From the NCBI GenBank assembly GCA_964518425.1, contig CAZFGG010000002.1:8453-72452 (forward strand): DNA of 64,000 nt. Reading direction: 5' to 3'. The position numbers and the translations under genes were made by a program. The notes below the pieces were generated by a model. It was not told the DNA's origin, searched no databases, and was given only the letters and a program-made list of their open reading frames with translations. Shown here piece by piece: positions 10,711 through 21,313 of the stretch (position 1 is the first letter of the stretch; each line of letters starts with the position of its first letter). The stretch comes from an uncultured Gammaproteobacteria bacterium (lineage in GTDB: Bacteria > Patescibacteriota > Patescibacteriia > SBBC01 > CAIJZX01).

Positions 10711-12383
10711 CGTCGTCGGCGAGTCGTTTCAGGCCCACCTGAAACTTTTTTGTGTTGGGCTACGGCTGCCTTGAGGAACGAAACGAAGAGTGGGTGAGGG
10801 TTGAGCGGACGGGACGTCAATTCAGGATGAAATTGGGTGTCAACGAACCACGGATGATGACGGAGTTCGAGTATTTCCACCAGGTCACGTTTCGGCTCTC
10901 GTCCCACGACAGTCAAGCCAGCCCGTGAAAAAGCGGAGCGGTAACGATTATTGAATTCATACCGATGGCGGTGGCGTTCAGCGATCTGGGACCGGCCATA
11001 CGCTTGTCCGACGCGGCTGTGACGGTCAAGCCGACAGGTATACTGGCCGAGGCGCATTGATCCACCCAGTCGACGTTCATGAAGTAAGCGCTGTTGTTCG
11101 GGCATCAAGGTAATAATAGGATGACTCGTGTCTGGGTCGACCTCAGTCGTATTGGCCTTCCGCCAGTGTAAAACATGCCGGGCAAATTCGACGGCCGCCA
11201 GTTGCATGCCATAACACAAACCAAAGAAGGGAATATTTTGCTGCCGAAGTTCGCGAATAGCTAAAATTTTTCCTTCGATCCCGCGGGACCCAAAACCACC
11301 AGGAACAATAATCCCGTCGTACTTTCGTAATGAACGAACCAGCCGTGGGGACCGCTCAAATGCTTCAGCGTCAATCCACTCAATGTCCGGTTGACGTCCG
11401 ATGGCCCAAGCGGCATGCCGGATGGCCTCAATAACGGAAACGTACGAATCGGCTAAGGTGAATGAACCGGTGGTAAAATACTTGCCAACAATACCGATGC
11501 GGACCGTGGGCCAGGCCCGCTGAGCCCGCCGGACCATGGTCGCCCATGCCCGACCATTCCGACCACGCGGACGAAGATCAAATTTCTTGAGGATCTTTTC
11601 GGCGAGGTGTTCACGATCAAAATTTTTGGGAATAGTATAAATATTGGAAACATCGGGGGCCGAAATGATGTCATCCGGGTGCATATTACAGTTAATCGAT
11701 AGCCGCTCTTTTCGCGGACGATCAAGTGGTACCGGTCCGCGTCCAAGAATGAAATCTGGTTGAATACCAGCGGAGTTCAACGTTCGTACGGCGTACTGGG
11801 TCGGCTTCGTTTTCATTTCCCCGAGCTGCGAGGGTACCGGAAGGTAACTGACGAGAATGAACTGAACTCGTCCCGGCCGGCGGAGATGCATCATCCGGGC
11901 CGCTTCTAAGAAGAGCATGTTTTGATACTCCCCGACCGTACCTCCGATTTCTATCAATTGGATATCCGCTCGGTTCACGCGCGCCGCTCGTTCGATCCGA
12001 TGGATCACTTCTTCGGGCACATGAGGAACGACCTCAACGCATTTTCCACCGTATCCTAGGCTCCGTTCGCGATCAATGACCGACAAATAGACTTGGCCAG
12101 TCGTCATATAACTGTCGCGCGAGAGGCTGAGGTCAAGAAATCGCTCATAGTTGCCGATATCTTGGTCCGTTTCTAAACCATCGGCCGTGACAAAAACTTC
12201 TCCATGTTCCGTCGGATTCATTGTTCCGGCGTCAACGTTAATGTAGGGATCAATTTTCATGGCCGATACCCGGTAGCCCCGGTCGTGCAGCAGCCGACCA
12301 ATCGATGACACGGCAATTCCCTTCCCTAGCCCGGAGAGAACGCCACCCATGACGAAAATGTAGCGGGTGGGTGACTTAGCCAT
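10707..12383 (-). CDS. pyrG: CTP synthase
   Basis: [41 protein letters not shown]. Confidence 0.97.
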   Translation of the reverse strand: MAKSPTRYIFVMGGVLSGLGKGIAVSSIGRLLHDRGYRVSAMKIDPYINVDAGTMNPTEHGEVFVTADGLETDQDIGNYERFLDLSLSRDSYMTTGQVYLSVIDRERSLGYGGKCVEVVPHVPEEVIHRIERAARVNRADIQLIEIGGTVGEYQNMLFLEAARMMHLRRPGRVQFILVSYLPVPSQLGEMKTKPTQYAVRTLNSAGIQPDFILGRGPVPLDRPRKERLSINCNMHPDDIISAPDVSNIYTIPKNFDREHLAEKILKKFDLRPRGRNGRAWATMVRRAQRAWPTVRIGIVGKYFTTGSFTLADSYVSVIEAIRHAAWAIGRQPDIEWIDAEAFERSPRLVRSLRKYDGIIVPGGFGSRGIEGKILAIRELRQQNIPFFGLCYGMQLAAVEFARHVLHWRKANTTEVDPDTSHPIITLMPEQQRLLHERRLGGSMRLGQYTCRLDRHSRVGQAYGRSQIAERHRHRYEFNNRYRSAFSRAGLTVVGREPKRDLVEILELRHHPWFVDTQFHPELTSRPLNPHPLFVSFLKAAVAQHKKVSGGPETTRRRR

Positions 12384-12819
12384 GACGGAGGTGAACAGTG
12401 ACCTCTATGCTTTGGTGGTCCGGCCAGATCAGCTTTGCGGCGAATGAACCGAGTTGTTTGAAATGGTCTGGCTGACAATGAACTCCGCCAATGCGGAGAT
12501 GATACTGTTTCCCAATTTCTTCAATAACCCTTTCTCCCTTCACCGCCGCAAAGAGTTTACCGGCTGAACTGGCTGATTCGCTGATCTCAATAACTGCTCC
12601 GGCTAAACGCTGACGGGCGGCCTGCCATTCTTCTCGTTCAGCCGCTCGACGGGCGGCCGTCGTGGCTTGCTGGCGTTTGACCTGACTGACCATGGCCGTC
12701 GTTGCGACCACGGCCATCCGGCGCGGGAGTAAAAAATTCCTGGCGTAGGCGTCGGCCACGTCACAAATATCCCCTGCTTGGCCGACTCCCGGGATGGGTT
12801 GTCGGAGCTGAATTTTCAT
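12376..12819 (-). CDS. rplI: 50S ribosomal protein L9
   Basis: GVGQAGD..V...YARNFLLP, GKLFAAV. Confidence 0.9.
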   Translation of the reverse strand: MKIQLRQPIPGVGQAGDICDVADAYARNFLLPRRMAVVATTAMVSQVKRQQATTAARRAAEREEWQAARQRLAGAVIEISESASSAGKLFAAVKGERVIEEIGKQYHLRIGGVHCQPDHFKQLGSFAAKLIWPDHQSIEVTVHLRHG

Positions 12820-14027
12820 ATCTTCCCTTGAATGGCTTTTTCGGCGGCCTCCAGCTGTGGATCGCGGTTATGGTCAAGATCGTCTGGCGTTAGATCAACT
12901 TTCTGGTCAGGCGTAATGCCGTGATCGGAAATGGAACGACCGCTCGGGGTAAACCACTTGGCCACGGTTATTTTCAAGCTTGAACCGTCATCAAGTTGCT
13001 GGTAATCCTGGACTGATCCCTTACCAAACGTCTGGACCCCAATAACTTTAGCCCGGTGGTTGTCTTGAAGAGCACCAGCGACGATTTCAGCCGCCGACGC
13101 CGTTCCTCCGTTGACCAGGATAACCAGAGGTTGGGTTGGCCAGAGGGGATGCCCGGAGACTTGTTCATCACGTTTTTTTCCATCACGCCCAACTTCACTC
13201 ACGACTGTACCGTGATCCAAAAATGCACTGGCTACGACAATCGATTGATCAAGATAGCCGCCCGGATTATCCCGCATATCAAGAATCAGCCCTGTGACTG
13301 GCTTGGTCAGAAATGATTGTACTGCCGCTTGCACACGTGAACCGGTATCTTTGGTGAAACTGGTCATCTTGATATAACCGATCGTGGACGTCCCGACGGT
13401 CAGTATTTTCGTTTGGACTGGGTCAACTTTAATATCGGCTCGGGTAATACGGACTGTTTGCGTATCCGTGGACGGTGGGCGGCGGTAGATCAGCTCAACT
13501 TGACTGCCTTTCGGGCCGCGGATTTTTTTGACTGTGTCGTCAAGGCTCATGGTCGCCGTCTCTTGGCCATCGACCGCAAGAATAACATCGCCGCTTTGTA
13601 GTCCAGCTTTGGCCGCTGGGGAGTTTGGCAACGGAGCGATAATCGTCACGAGCTTATCCTTGTAGCCGATTTCCGTCCCGATCCCTTGAAAAATTCCTTC
13701 CACCTCTTGCTGGAAACTCTGTGTTTCAGATGGAGAAAAATAGACCGAGTAAGGGTCGCCCAGGCCTTGGACCATTCCGCTAACGGCGCCCTGTAATAAC
13801 GCCTGGTCATCAATATTCTGATTGACGTAGGTCTTATGGACCGTTGACCAGACATCCTCAAGTAAACTGAAATTGGCGTTGTGTGGGCGGGGCTGCAGAC
13901 CGAGGATAGCGCCGACTAAACTGTGACTAACATCTTCTGGACGACTCGTGCTTGAACTTACTCCTAAGCTAAAACCGGCGCTAAGGAGGGCCAGGGCGAG
14001 AAGAATGATAAGAAATGGTCGACGCAT
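12816..14027 (-). CDS. S41 C-terminal processing protease with PDZ domain
   Basis: Signal peptide, DPYS, PDZ, DMRDNPGG, TASAAEI, TFGKGSVQ; start at ATG 14027. Confidence 0.93.
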   Translation of the reverse strand: MRRPFLIILLALALLSAGFSLGVSSSTSRPEDVSHSLVGAILGLQPRPHNANFSLLEDVWSTVHKTYVNQNIDDQALLQGAVSGMVQGLGDPYSVYFSPSETQSFQQEVEGIFQGIGTEIGYKDKLVTIIAPLPNSPAAKAGLQSGDVILAVDGQETATMSLDDTVKKIRGPKGSQVELIYRRPPSTDTQTVRITRADIKVDPVQTKILTVGTSTIGYIKMTSFTKDTGSRVQAAVQSFLTKPVTGLILDMRDNPGGYLDQSIVVASAFLDHGTVVSEVGRDGKKRDEQVSGHPLWPTQPLVILVNGGTASAAEIVAGALQDNHRAKVIGVQTFGKGSVQDYQQLDDGSSLKITVAKWFTPSGRSISDHGITPDQKVDLTPDDLDHNRDPQLEAAEKAIQGKI

Positions 14028-14050
14028 ACGAAGAGTATACACGACTCCGG

Positions 14051-15364
14051 CTAAGGGGTCGACGGAATCTCATCACGGCGATGAATCTCGGCACCGCAAG
14101 ACCGTAATCGCTCATCGAGACGCTCGTATCCCCGGTCCAGGTGTTCAATTCCCGTCAGGGTTGACTGGCCGGTAGCCGTGACCGCCGCCACAAGGTGGGC
14201 CATACCGGCTCGAATATCCGGGACCGTTATGACGGCGGCGTGAAGCGGGGTGGGCCCATCAACGCGGCAGCTATGGGTGTACCCATGAGCCCACCAGCGG
14301 CATGGCAGTTCACCCCAGCAGTCCGTACTCGTGCTAATCCGAGCTCCCATCGACTGCAAGACGGACGTATATCCGAAGCGGTCTTCATAGACCGTTTCGT
14401 GAACTGTCGATTGGCCTTCGGCTTGGGTCATCACCGTCACCAACGGTTGTTGCCAATCCGTCATGAATCCGGGATGAGTATCAGTTTCGATCGAAACGCC
14501 GCGCAGCGGGCCAGCCCGAAAAAAACGAATGCCGTCGGGATGGACCTCAAACTCTCCACCCATCCGCCGGACGGTCGTGAGAAAGGTGATGAGGTCAGCC
14601 TGACGCGCGCCTTCAACAAAGAGATCACCATCGGTGGCCAAAGCGAGGGAAGCGAATGAAGCGGCCTCTATCCGATCCGGAAGAACGCTGTAGGTTGTCC
14701 CGTGCAGGCGTGGAACCCCGTCAATCATGAGAGTCCGATTCGGGCCCAGATCGATCATCGCTCCCATCGTTTGAAGCATTTGTAAAAGATCAATGACTTC
14801 TGGTTCAACGGCAGCATTCCGGATGATGGTCCGGCCCTCGGCTAAAACGGCGGCCAGAGCGATCGTTTCGGTCGCGCCAACGCTCGGATAGGGAAGAGAA
14901 ATCGTGGCTCCATGAAGACGCGTGGCTCTGGCTTGAAAACTGGTCGGCGTTACGGTGACCTCTGCCCCCATGGCCTTGAGGGCGGCCAGGTGATAATCAA
15001 CCGGCCGCGGGCCAATCGCGTCGCCACCAACAACAGGAACTTCCGCTTGGCCCGTCCGATTGACTAAAATACCCAGGGTCAGAATGGGCAGGCGGTTCTT
15101 TCGGCTGAGCTGTGGGACAATATTGCGAGACAGGTTCGGCGTATGGACCTGCCAGCGATGGCCATCTCGTTTGACCTGACCACCGACTGACGTCAGTATT
15201 TCCGCGGCGATATCTGTCTCGCCCAGGAGCGGAATGTTCTCAATGATAGATGGTTCATCACTCAGCAACGTCGCTAAGAGAACTTTTGAGGCAGCATTTT
15301 TCGCGCCACTGACCTTGAGTCGACCGCGAAGAGGGTGCCCGCCGGTAACCTGGAACAGTGACAT
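14051..15364 (-). CDS. murA: UDP-N-acetylglucosamine 1-carboxyvinyltransferase
   Basis: SGAKNA, GGDAIGPRPVDYH, SVGAT, PDRIEA, PGFMTD, DIRAG, DRGYE; start at ATG 15364. Confidence 0.95.
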   Translation of the reverse strand: MSLFQVTGGHPLRGRLKVSGAKNAASKVLLATLLSDEPSIIENIPLLGETDIAAEILTSVGGQVKRDGHRWQVHTPNLSRNIVPQLSRKNRLPILTLGILVNRTGQAEVPVVGGDAIGPRPVDYHLAALKAMGAEVTVTPTSFQARATRLHGATISLPYPSVGATETIALAAVLAEGRTIIRNAAVEPEVIDLLQMLQTMGAMIDLGPNRTLMIDGVPRLHGTTYSVLPDRIEAASFASLALATDGDLFVEGARQADLITFLTTVRRMGGEFEVHPDGIRFFRAGPLRGVSIETDTHPGFMTDWQQPLVTVMTQAEGQSTVHETVYEDRFGYTSVLQSMGARISTSTDCWGELPCRWWAHGYTHSCRVDGPTPLHAAVITVPDIRAGMAHLVAAVTATGQSTLTGIEHLDRGYERLDERLRSCGAEIHRRDEIPSTP

Positions 15365-15430
15365 GCAGTCGAAGCGTTGACGTGGTAAACTGAGTCTTGA
15401 GCTTATCATATCAGGTAGCGACCCTCAACT

Positions 15431-16711
15431 ATGTCTCCTCGCTGGCGTCAAATTTTCGCAGCTACGACGGTCACGGTATTTGTTGTCGTGGCGGCGATTG
15501 TCGGTGTCCGGGCTGGGGGCTGGCAGTGGGCCGGTTGGCGCCAGGGTTTCGTGCCCAGCGGTGTGATTGTTGTCTCGAGCTCCCCACATGCCACCATTCT
15601 CCTCAATGGCCGTGCGGTCGGTATGACTCCCCGACGCTTGGCCAGCTTAGTCCCCGGAGTCTACACCCTCGAACTCCAGGGCCCCGGCACTAGCCCATGG
15701 AAACAAACCATCCAAGTCAATCCGCGAGTGGCCGAAGTTATTGGTCCGGTTATCCTCCTCCCTAGCCATATCAAAAGAAAAGATCTTGCTCCCGGCGCAG
15801 CCGCCTCATTTATCACCGACACATCTCGCCGGATAGTCTTCTCAACTGAAGATACGGCGACCGGGGTAGTTTTGACTGAAGCTTGGCCAGAACAGGAAGC
15901 GCTGACCCTGACCGCCTCGAGCCGGCCGGCCGAGGTAAGCGTTAGCCCACACCAACAGCTAGCTGCCCTATCGAATCAGACAGAGACTATAGTTCTGCCT
16001 TCCCGTGGTCTCGATGAGACGTGGACTATCCCACGACTTGAGGGAATTTTTTGGCTACCCGGTTCGGATCAAGTAGCCTATGGCCGTCGGAACGGCCGGT
16101 TACTCCGACTCGATGAAGTCACAAAAAGCGAAACCGACTTGGCCCCAGCGCTCGCAGCTGGCGCGCTTGAACAAGATGTGTGGTGGACGACCAAGGAAGC
16201 AGATCAAACGGTTATCTGGGAACAGGCGCCATTTAGTTCTTCTCCGGCTAAAGAGATCTTTCGAACTTCCGGGGAATTTTCGGTGCAGTCGGGACCCGGT
16301 CGATCGCTTATCCTTCATGGACAGACGGAGACGCGGTTGATCACTTTTCTATTGAATGGACTGACGACTATCACGAATCTTGGTCCGGCGGACACTGTCT
16401 TCTGGCCGACCGCGAACCAACCCCCGCTGTGGATTCGCGGCGTAGAGCTATGGACCCTTGACCACACTGGTCAGCCACAGTTACTTGATCGTCGCTCCGT
16501 CCCGCCTCAATTGGCCGCCTGGATGGAAGCTCCGGACATCGTCACGCTTGTTGAAAACCAAACGTTGACCATCATGAGTGTCAGTAGTCGTCAGGGACGA
16601 GGCGTCATCTTGTCTGTCCCACTGGCGACGGCCGAGCTGCTGACGCTCACTGCTGACCACCGTCAAGCCGTGGTCACGACTGCGACCGGCCTTCAGTTGT
16701 GGACGTGGTAG
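15431..16711 (+). CDS. PEGA domain membrane-anchored protein with beta-rich C-terminal region
   Basis: N-terminal TM; VSSSPHATILLNG..GMTP..LVPGVYTLEL PEGA pattern. Confidence 0.75.
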   Translation: MSPRWRQIFAATTVTVFVVVAAIVGVRAGGWQWAGWRQGFVPSGVIVVSSSPHATILLNGRAVGMTPRRLASLVPGVYTLELQGPGTSPWKQTIQVNPRVAEVIGPVILLPSHIKRKDLAPGAAASFITDTSRRIVFSTEDTATGVVLTEAWPEQEALTLTASSRPAEVSVSPHQQLAALSNQTETIVLPSRGLDETWTIPRLEGIFWLPGSDQVAYGRRNGRLLRLDEVTKSETDLAPALAAGALEQDVWWTTKEADQTVIWEQAPFSSSPAKEIFRTSGEFSVQSGPGRSLILHGQTETRLITFLLNGLTTITNLGPADTVFWPTANQPPLWIRGVELWTLDHTGQPQLLDRRSVPPQLAAWMEAPDIVTLVENQTLTIMSVSSRQGRGVILSVPLATAELLTLTADHRQAVVTTATGLQLWTW

Positions 16712-16874
16712 GTTGTTCAGGAGCCGCGGCCCACAGAAGGAAAAGAAAGGCGATCAGCCAAAGAACGCCCAAGTGAACTGGGCCAGAAATAAATCCCGGT
16801 TCAAGAGATTCGCCCAGTTGAAGCATGGCTAGGCCGATGATAATGACTGCCGCCAGGTTTTTTCGCCGAAGCAT
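16674..16874 (-). CDS. Small 2-TM membrane protein
   Basis: Two hydrophobic helices; last gene of the minus-strand operon. Confidence 0.55.
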   Translation of the reverse strand: MLRRKNLAAVIIIGLAMLQLGESLEPGFISGPVHLGVLWLIAFLFLLWAAAPEQPTTSTTEGRSQS

Positions 16875-16876
16875 GG

Positions 16877-17329
16877 TTACGGTCCGATCAAAAGTGAAAT
16901 ATCGCGGATCGTGATGGGCTGATCACTCATTGATTTCAAGGTCAGAATGTGATGCCGCTCATGTGACCAGTTGAGAACTGTTTGAAATTGGCTGCCCTGG
17001 CCAGCTGCATCAAGAAGACTCATTGGTCGGTCGTTGACCAGGAGAGATGTTGCTTTTTCTTGACTGCGAATAGTGATTTGAGCGCGGGCGCCGGAGCGGA
17101 GTGTATCAACTGAGAAAACGTAGACTTGACTGGGCTGAAGAACAACTTCTTTGACCAGGCCTCGCCGAACAACTTCTGGTCGATGACGCCAAGAAAAATA
17201 GACTGTTGACTGACCGGGATGCGGCCAATGCAAGGCCATATTCGGGGCGACATAAAACCAAACTATCCAGGCAGTGAGACTTGCTGCTGAAAGGACGATC
17301 GCGCCAGTCATGATGGATGTCTTGGTCAT
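16877..17329 (-). CDS. Hypothetical membrane-anchored beta-rich protein
   Basis: N-terminal TM, beta-strand pattern; ATGA coupled. Confidence 0.65.
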   Translation of the reverse strand: MTKTSIMTGAIVLSAASLTAWIVWFYVAPNMALHWPHPGQSTVYFSWRHRPEVVRRGLVKEVVLQPSQVYVFSVDTLRSGARAQITIRSQEKATSLLVNDRPMSLLDAAGQGSQFQTVLNWSHERHHILTLKSMSDQPITIRDISLLIGP

Positions 17330-18912
17330 GAAGCCGGAATGAGTGGTCCTATTCGCCAGAGTGTGTCGTGACTGACCGCAATTTTTTGGCCGAGGCTAAG
17401 ATGGTGAGCGCCGAGCGTTGTTTGGAGAGCAGCTGGGGAAAGACTTGTGGCTGAGTCCAGAAGGTAGGTAGGCCGCTGGCTGGACAAACTCATCAGTACT
17501 AACCATTGCCTGGCGGTTGTTGGTAACCCATAGGCGGTCAGGCGCTCTCCCACAAAATACTTATCCGCTTGACCAGCAATAATAACTGATGGCGTTTGAG
17601 TGGCTGCGGCTACGGCACGGGTCAGCTGACGGGCTTCTCGCTGACGTTCCCAGCGGACGAGAAGGCCGCTTCCGGGGTGCCAGACAATCATGGCTATATG
17701 GCTAGAGAGCAAGAGTATCGTTGCTACCGCGGCCAGCCAGGGACGGATTGACCACAAACGTTTGAGCATAATGACAACTCCAGGAATCACCGCGACGAAC
17801 ATGATCATCCAGTAACGATCATAGGAAGAGAGGGTGCCAACTCGGCTCGAAGACAAGAGTGGGTAGAGATTCCAACTTCCGTAGTAGATAAATGGAAAAA
17901 ATGCCAGTGCCGTGACGACAGTTAACTTGAGAACTTTTTTCCAGGTCACAAACTTTCGTCGAAAGTACACTCCCAGGGACGCCGCAGCAAGAACCGAAGA
18001 GGCCGGAAGCATCAGAACGAAGTACCACCAAAAGGATGAGAGGAAATGGAGTGACCACTGGCCTCCGGCTGGCAAGAACAAATGCCAGAGCGTCGTCACA
18101 ACCGAGGTAGCATTGGGCTCTCCGCTCACGACGCCATCAGGAGTATACCCGGTAGAGAGTGCTGAGCCGTAGACATGTTGATCAGCGACTAGCCAAGGGG
18201 TTTGGACAAGTAGAGTCAGGCCAACTACCAGCGAAAACCATTTCCATCGGCCCGGCATAGTCAGAAGAACAATGGCCATTAACGGGCCGGTCCAGATAAC
18301 CTCAATGGGACGAAAATAGAGGGCGGCTCCGTAGGCTAAGCCAACGGCCGTGGCCCATCTCCAAGAAGGTTGTTCGAATTGCCGCCGGAGGAAATAACCG
18401 GTGACCACCAGCAGGGAGGCAAAGGCGCCATTGTGGAACATTGGTAGGGTCTGAAACTGGAACCAGACTGGGTTAACGGCTAAGAGTGTTGTCCCCAGAA
18501 GAGCCCAACTATGTGACCAGAAGCGTCGGAGTAGGCCGTAAAATGCTGCCAGAGCTATGAGACTAAGGATAGGAACGACAGCCCGACTCGTGCCGGGACC
18601 AAACAAATGTTCAACGAATCCGTCCACTTGGATTAAGCCCAAAAAACTTCCGGATTTTAGCAGACTGCCCTGAATAACCATGCTCCGCGGATGAATATAG
18701 GACAGCTCGGTCGAATTCAACCCTGTCGCGGCAACTGGCTGCCCAGTAGTGGCTAGTTGATGGATAAAAAAAGCATTGGCGGCTTCGTCAGGAGAGCCGT
18801 AGGAAGTTGCTCGTACAGCAACCGCCACGATGACAGCTGAGCACAAAAAGAGGGATACCCAGATCGACCACGAGCCCCAAGGGGGCGCTGACTCAATCTT
18901 CCGATTGCGCAT
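17326..18912 (-). CDS. GT-C-like multi-pass membrane glycosyltransferase
   Basis: SPDE acidic motif after the first TM, many TM helices, RP and RY loop motifs. Confidence 0.65.
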   Translation of the reverse strand: MRNRKIESAPPWGSWSIWVSLFLCSAVIVAVAVRATSYGSPDEAANAFFIHQLATTGQPVAATGLNSTELSYIHPRSMVIQGSLLKSGSFLGLIQVDGFVEHLFGPGTSRAVVPILSLIALAAFYGLLRRFWSHSWALLGTTLLAVNPVWFQFQTLPMFHNGAFASLLVVTGYFLRRQFEQPSWRWATAVGLAYGAALYFRPIEVIWTGPLMAIVLLTMPGRWKWFSLVVGLTLLVQTPWLVADQHVYGSALSTGYTPDGVVSGEPNATSVVTTLWHLFLPAGGQWSLHFLSSFWWYFVLMLPASSVLAAASLGVYFRRKFVTWKKVLKLTVVTALAFFPFIYYGSWNLYPLLSSSRVGTLSSYDRYWMIMFVAVIPGVVIMLKRLWSIRPWLAAVATILLLSSHIAMIVWHPGSGLLVRWERQREARQLTRAVAAATQTPSVIIAGQADKYFVGERLTAYGLPTTARQWLVLMSLSSQRPTYLLDSATSLSPAALQTTLGAHHLSLGQKIAVSHDTLWRIGPLIPAS

Positions 18913-19333
18913 CGTGGTCAGTGTAGACGAGCAAGCCTAAGCTGAAGATGGTCAATCCGCTCAAAACAGCAATTGGGCCACTCAGTCGGCCAAGAGGTTG
19001 AGTCTTGTACCAGACCAATGCTGCCCCCACTGCCGCGATAACGCTCGTCCAGAAAAGCTGATCCCAGCGAAGAGAGGTTTTCTGCCCTTTTGTCATGGAC
19101 ACAGCCGCCGGCCAGACTGTTGTGAGGATTCCAATGACGATCGTCGAATAGAGGAGGATGTTTAAGTTAAAATAATAGGTTACAAATCCGGGTCGCAGAG
19201 ATTCAATGAGATAGAATCCCAGATATGAGAGTAAGGCAACTTGGAACAGCCAGGTCAGTAGCTCCCCAGTTTCTAACGAATCAAACGGCCAAGGAAATGA
19301 AAATGAAACCCGAATACGGTGCATATTAGTCAA
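18893..19333 (-). CDS. 4-TM membrane protein
   Basis: Four hydrophobic helices. Confidence 0.7.
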   Translation of the reverse strand: MTNMHRIRVSFSFPWPFDSLETGELLTWLFQVALLSYLGFYLIESLRPGFVTYYFNLNILLYSTIVIGILTTVWPAAVSMTKGQKTSLRWDQLFWTSVIAAVGAALVWYKTQPLGRLSGPIAVLSGLTIFSLGLLVYTDHDAQSED

Positions 19334-20858
19334 TCAATTGATTCAACTTTTTCTTGATCTTTGCCCAGGGAAACTGCCCGCGGTACAATGTCGCTTTGAT
19401 CGAGGTGAGACCGACTTCATAACCGTTCATTTGTAGACCAGGCGTATCAATACGGAAGGTCAAGAGTTTACCCTCAACACCTGAGAGTTTTAAGTTGTCC
19501 ACCGGGAAGCTGCCAGTAACGACGACTGGGTCTTTTGAATTTCTGGGAATATACTTGGCCAAGAGGTAGTCAAAGGGGTCAAGATTTGGGGACGGATACA
19601 AACTCACTGGCGTCCCTCCGACCGGAAGTAAGGTGAATGGCGTCAGGGTTAAGAATCGGTCGCTCGTCAGGACAATATCAGGCTTAGCAATGGTCACTGA
19701 GGTTATCCCCTGCAGCCCGTCAACCCTGACTGGTTGGCGGACGTCATGAAGATTTATTTTTTTCCCCCCTATGCTCAACGATTGTTTCCCGGGGTCATGG
19801 TCAGCACTCGCACTGAGTAGGGTACCATTGGTCAGAACCGTGGCCGGACGAAAAGTCGCATCAGAAATATAAGACGGCCCTTCGGCAAGATAGATTTCAC
19901 CACTGAATGAGAGATTCTGCTGCCAGCTCGTTAGATTAGAAAGTAAGAGATCATTATGGGCGGTAATGGTAACGTGGTAAACACCGGCGGTTACGCCGGG
20001 AACGAGCACGTCTATTAACCGCGGGGAACTAGGCCGGCCTAGACCATTAACAATACCATCGTCGTCGACGACCTGGCGGTGAATTACGACTGGATCATTA
20101 TCCACCCCATCGATTTTCTGTATAATGATTCCCATCGTAGCTTTCTTCTTGGTCCGATTGAGATCAACCACGTTGAATTGGAAATGGAGATCTTCATTTG
20201 CAGCATAGATGTAGAGTTGCTGGCTGCCACGGAAGGTATGGGGGGTGGTGAGAGGTTGAGTTAAGGGCTGATAATGGGCTAGCCGGACCAAGCTCATTGG
20301 GTCAGCCCCGATGACCGCAGTTCTACTCGCCGCCGCTGGATCAGATAGAACCTGATCAAATGTCGCATATTGTCGAACCGGCAATATTTTCTTTTTGTCT
20401 TTCCCATTAACCCGGTTTGGGCGTTGCCAAAGAGTTACTTCATTGACTGTCGCCCTATTCCATTTCAGGGTATTTAATAAGGATGAGTCGGCCAGGACCG
20501 GCATATCTCCGAGAGTTCCTCGACCAACAGCCGTGAGGTATACGACCGGGGCATTAGTATTTTGGAGTTTCGCTATGATGGAAATGCTCTGAATCAAGCG
20601 AGGAATATGGACGCTAAACGGAGTGGTGTCGGTAGTGATTTGCCACGGAATCAAGGGATTTGCCGTCCGGACAAGTTGTGTCCCCGGAGTAATTACTCTT
20701 GGCAACTGACCGGCAGAATAATGATACGTCTGACGCGAAGTTAAGGCATAATTCTTATTGACGAGAGACAAAAAAATCATGGTCGGAAGAGCCAGAATTA
20801 CAATCTTAATTATTGTTGACCAGGTTCGAGATCTTCTTGGGAGAAAAGAAAGTCGCAT
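19326..20858 (-). CDS. Hypothetical membrane-anchored extracellular protein
   Basis: 510-aa ORF, N-terminal TM, Thr/Val-rich beta domains. Confidence 0.75.
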   Translation of the reverse strand: MRLSFLPRRSRTWSTIIKIVILALPTMIFLSLVNKNYALTSRQTYHYSAGQLPRVITPGTQLVRTANPLIPWQITTDTTPFSVHIPRLIQSISIIAKLQNTNAPVVYLTAVGRGTLGDMPVLADSSLLNTLKWNRATVNEVTLWQRPNRVNGKDKKKILPVRQYATFDQVLSDPAAASRTAVIGADPMSLVRLAHYQPLTQPLTTPHTFRGSQQLYIYAANEDLHFQFNVVDLNRTKKKATMGIIIQKIDGVDNDPVVIHRQVVDDDGIVNGLGRPSSPRLIDVLVPGVTAGVYHVTITAHNDLLLSNLTSWQQNLSFSGEIYLAEGPSYISDATFRPATVLTNGTLLSASADHDPGKQSLSIGGKKINLHDVRQPVRVDGLQGITSVTIAKPDIVLTSDRFLTLTPFTLLPVGGTPVSLYPSPNLDPFDYLLAKYIPRNSKDPVVVTGSFPVDNLKLSGVEGKLLTFRIDTPGLQMNGYEVGLTSIKATLYRGQFPWAKIKKKLNQLID

Positions 20859-20896
20859 ATGGAGTAGACCAACAGTATACCAGGAAAGTTGATTCG

Positions 20897-20926
20897 AGAA
20901 AAAGTGACCTCATCCGAGGTCACTTT
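20897..20926 (-). terminator. Intrinsic terminator of the small ORF
   Basis: Perfect 11-bp inverted repeat AAAGTGACCTC/GAGGTCACTTT ending in a T-run on the minus strand. Confidence 0.75.
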
Positions 20927-21120
20927 GGTTGAATGGTGCGAACTTGAGGGTCCTCGACAAAGAGGTTTTGTCCATACTGCTGGCGCAGGTCGCTGATGAC
21001 CTTGGCCAGTGCCGTTTCTGGGGTCCGGGCCTGATCCAAGTGAACCTCTCGCTGGCCCGGTCCAGCGATACGATGACCAACGCCGCAGCGGGTCAACTTC
21101 GCCCATGATACTAAGAACAT
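20920..21120 (-). CDS. Small hypothetical protein (66 aa)
   Basis: GGAGGAG SD just upstream of ATG 21120, candidate promoter TTGACT-16-TACTCT (21194-21167), terminator at the stop. Confidence 0.65.
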   Translation of the reverse strand: MFLVSWAKLTRCGVGHRIAGPGQREVHLDQARTPETALAKVISDLRQQYGQNLFVEDPQVRTIQPK

Positions 21121-21313
21121 TTTCTCCTCCAATATTTCTCTCCAAAAACCGTGCCTCGATTTAGCAAGAGTACTCCCGAGGTTGATAAAGTCAAGAATTC
21201 TGTTTTTCGAAACCTTGACAGAGATTCTCTTTCCTGGTAGTCATGATGAGATATCATGCACCTTGAAATTTTTGAAGTTTCTCTGAGGCTCTTCGTGTTG
21301 GAGCCTTTTCACT

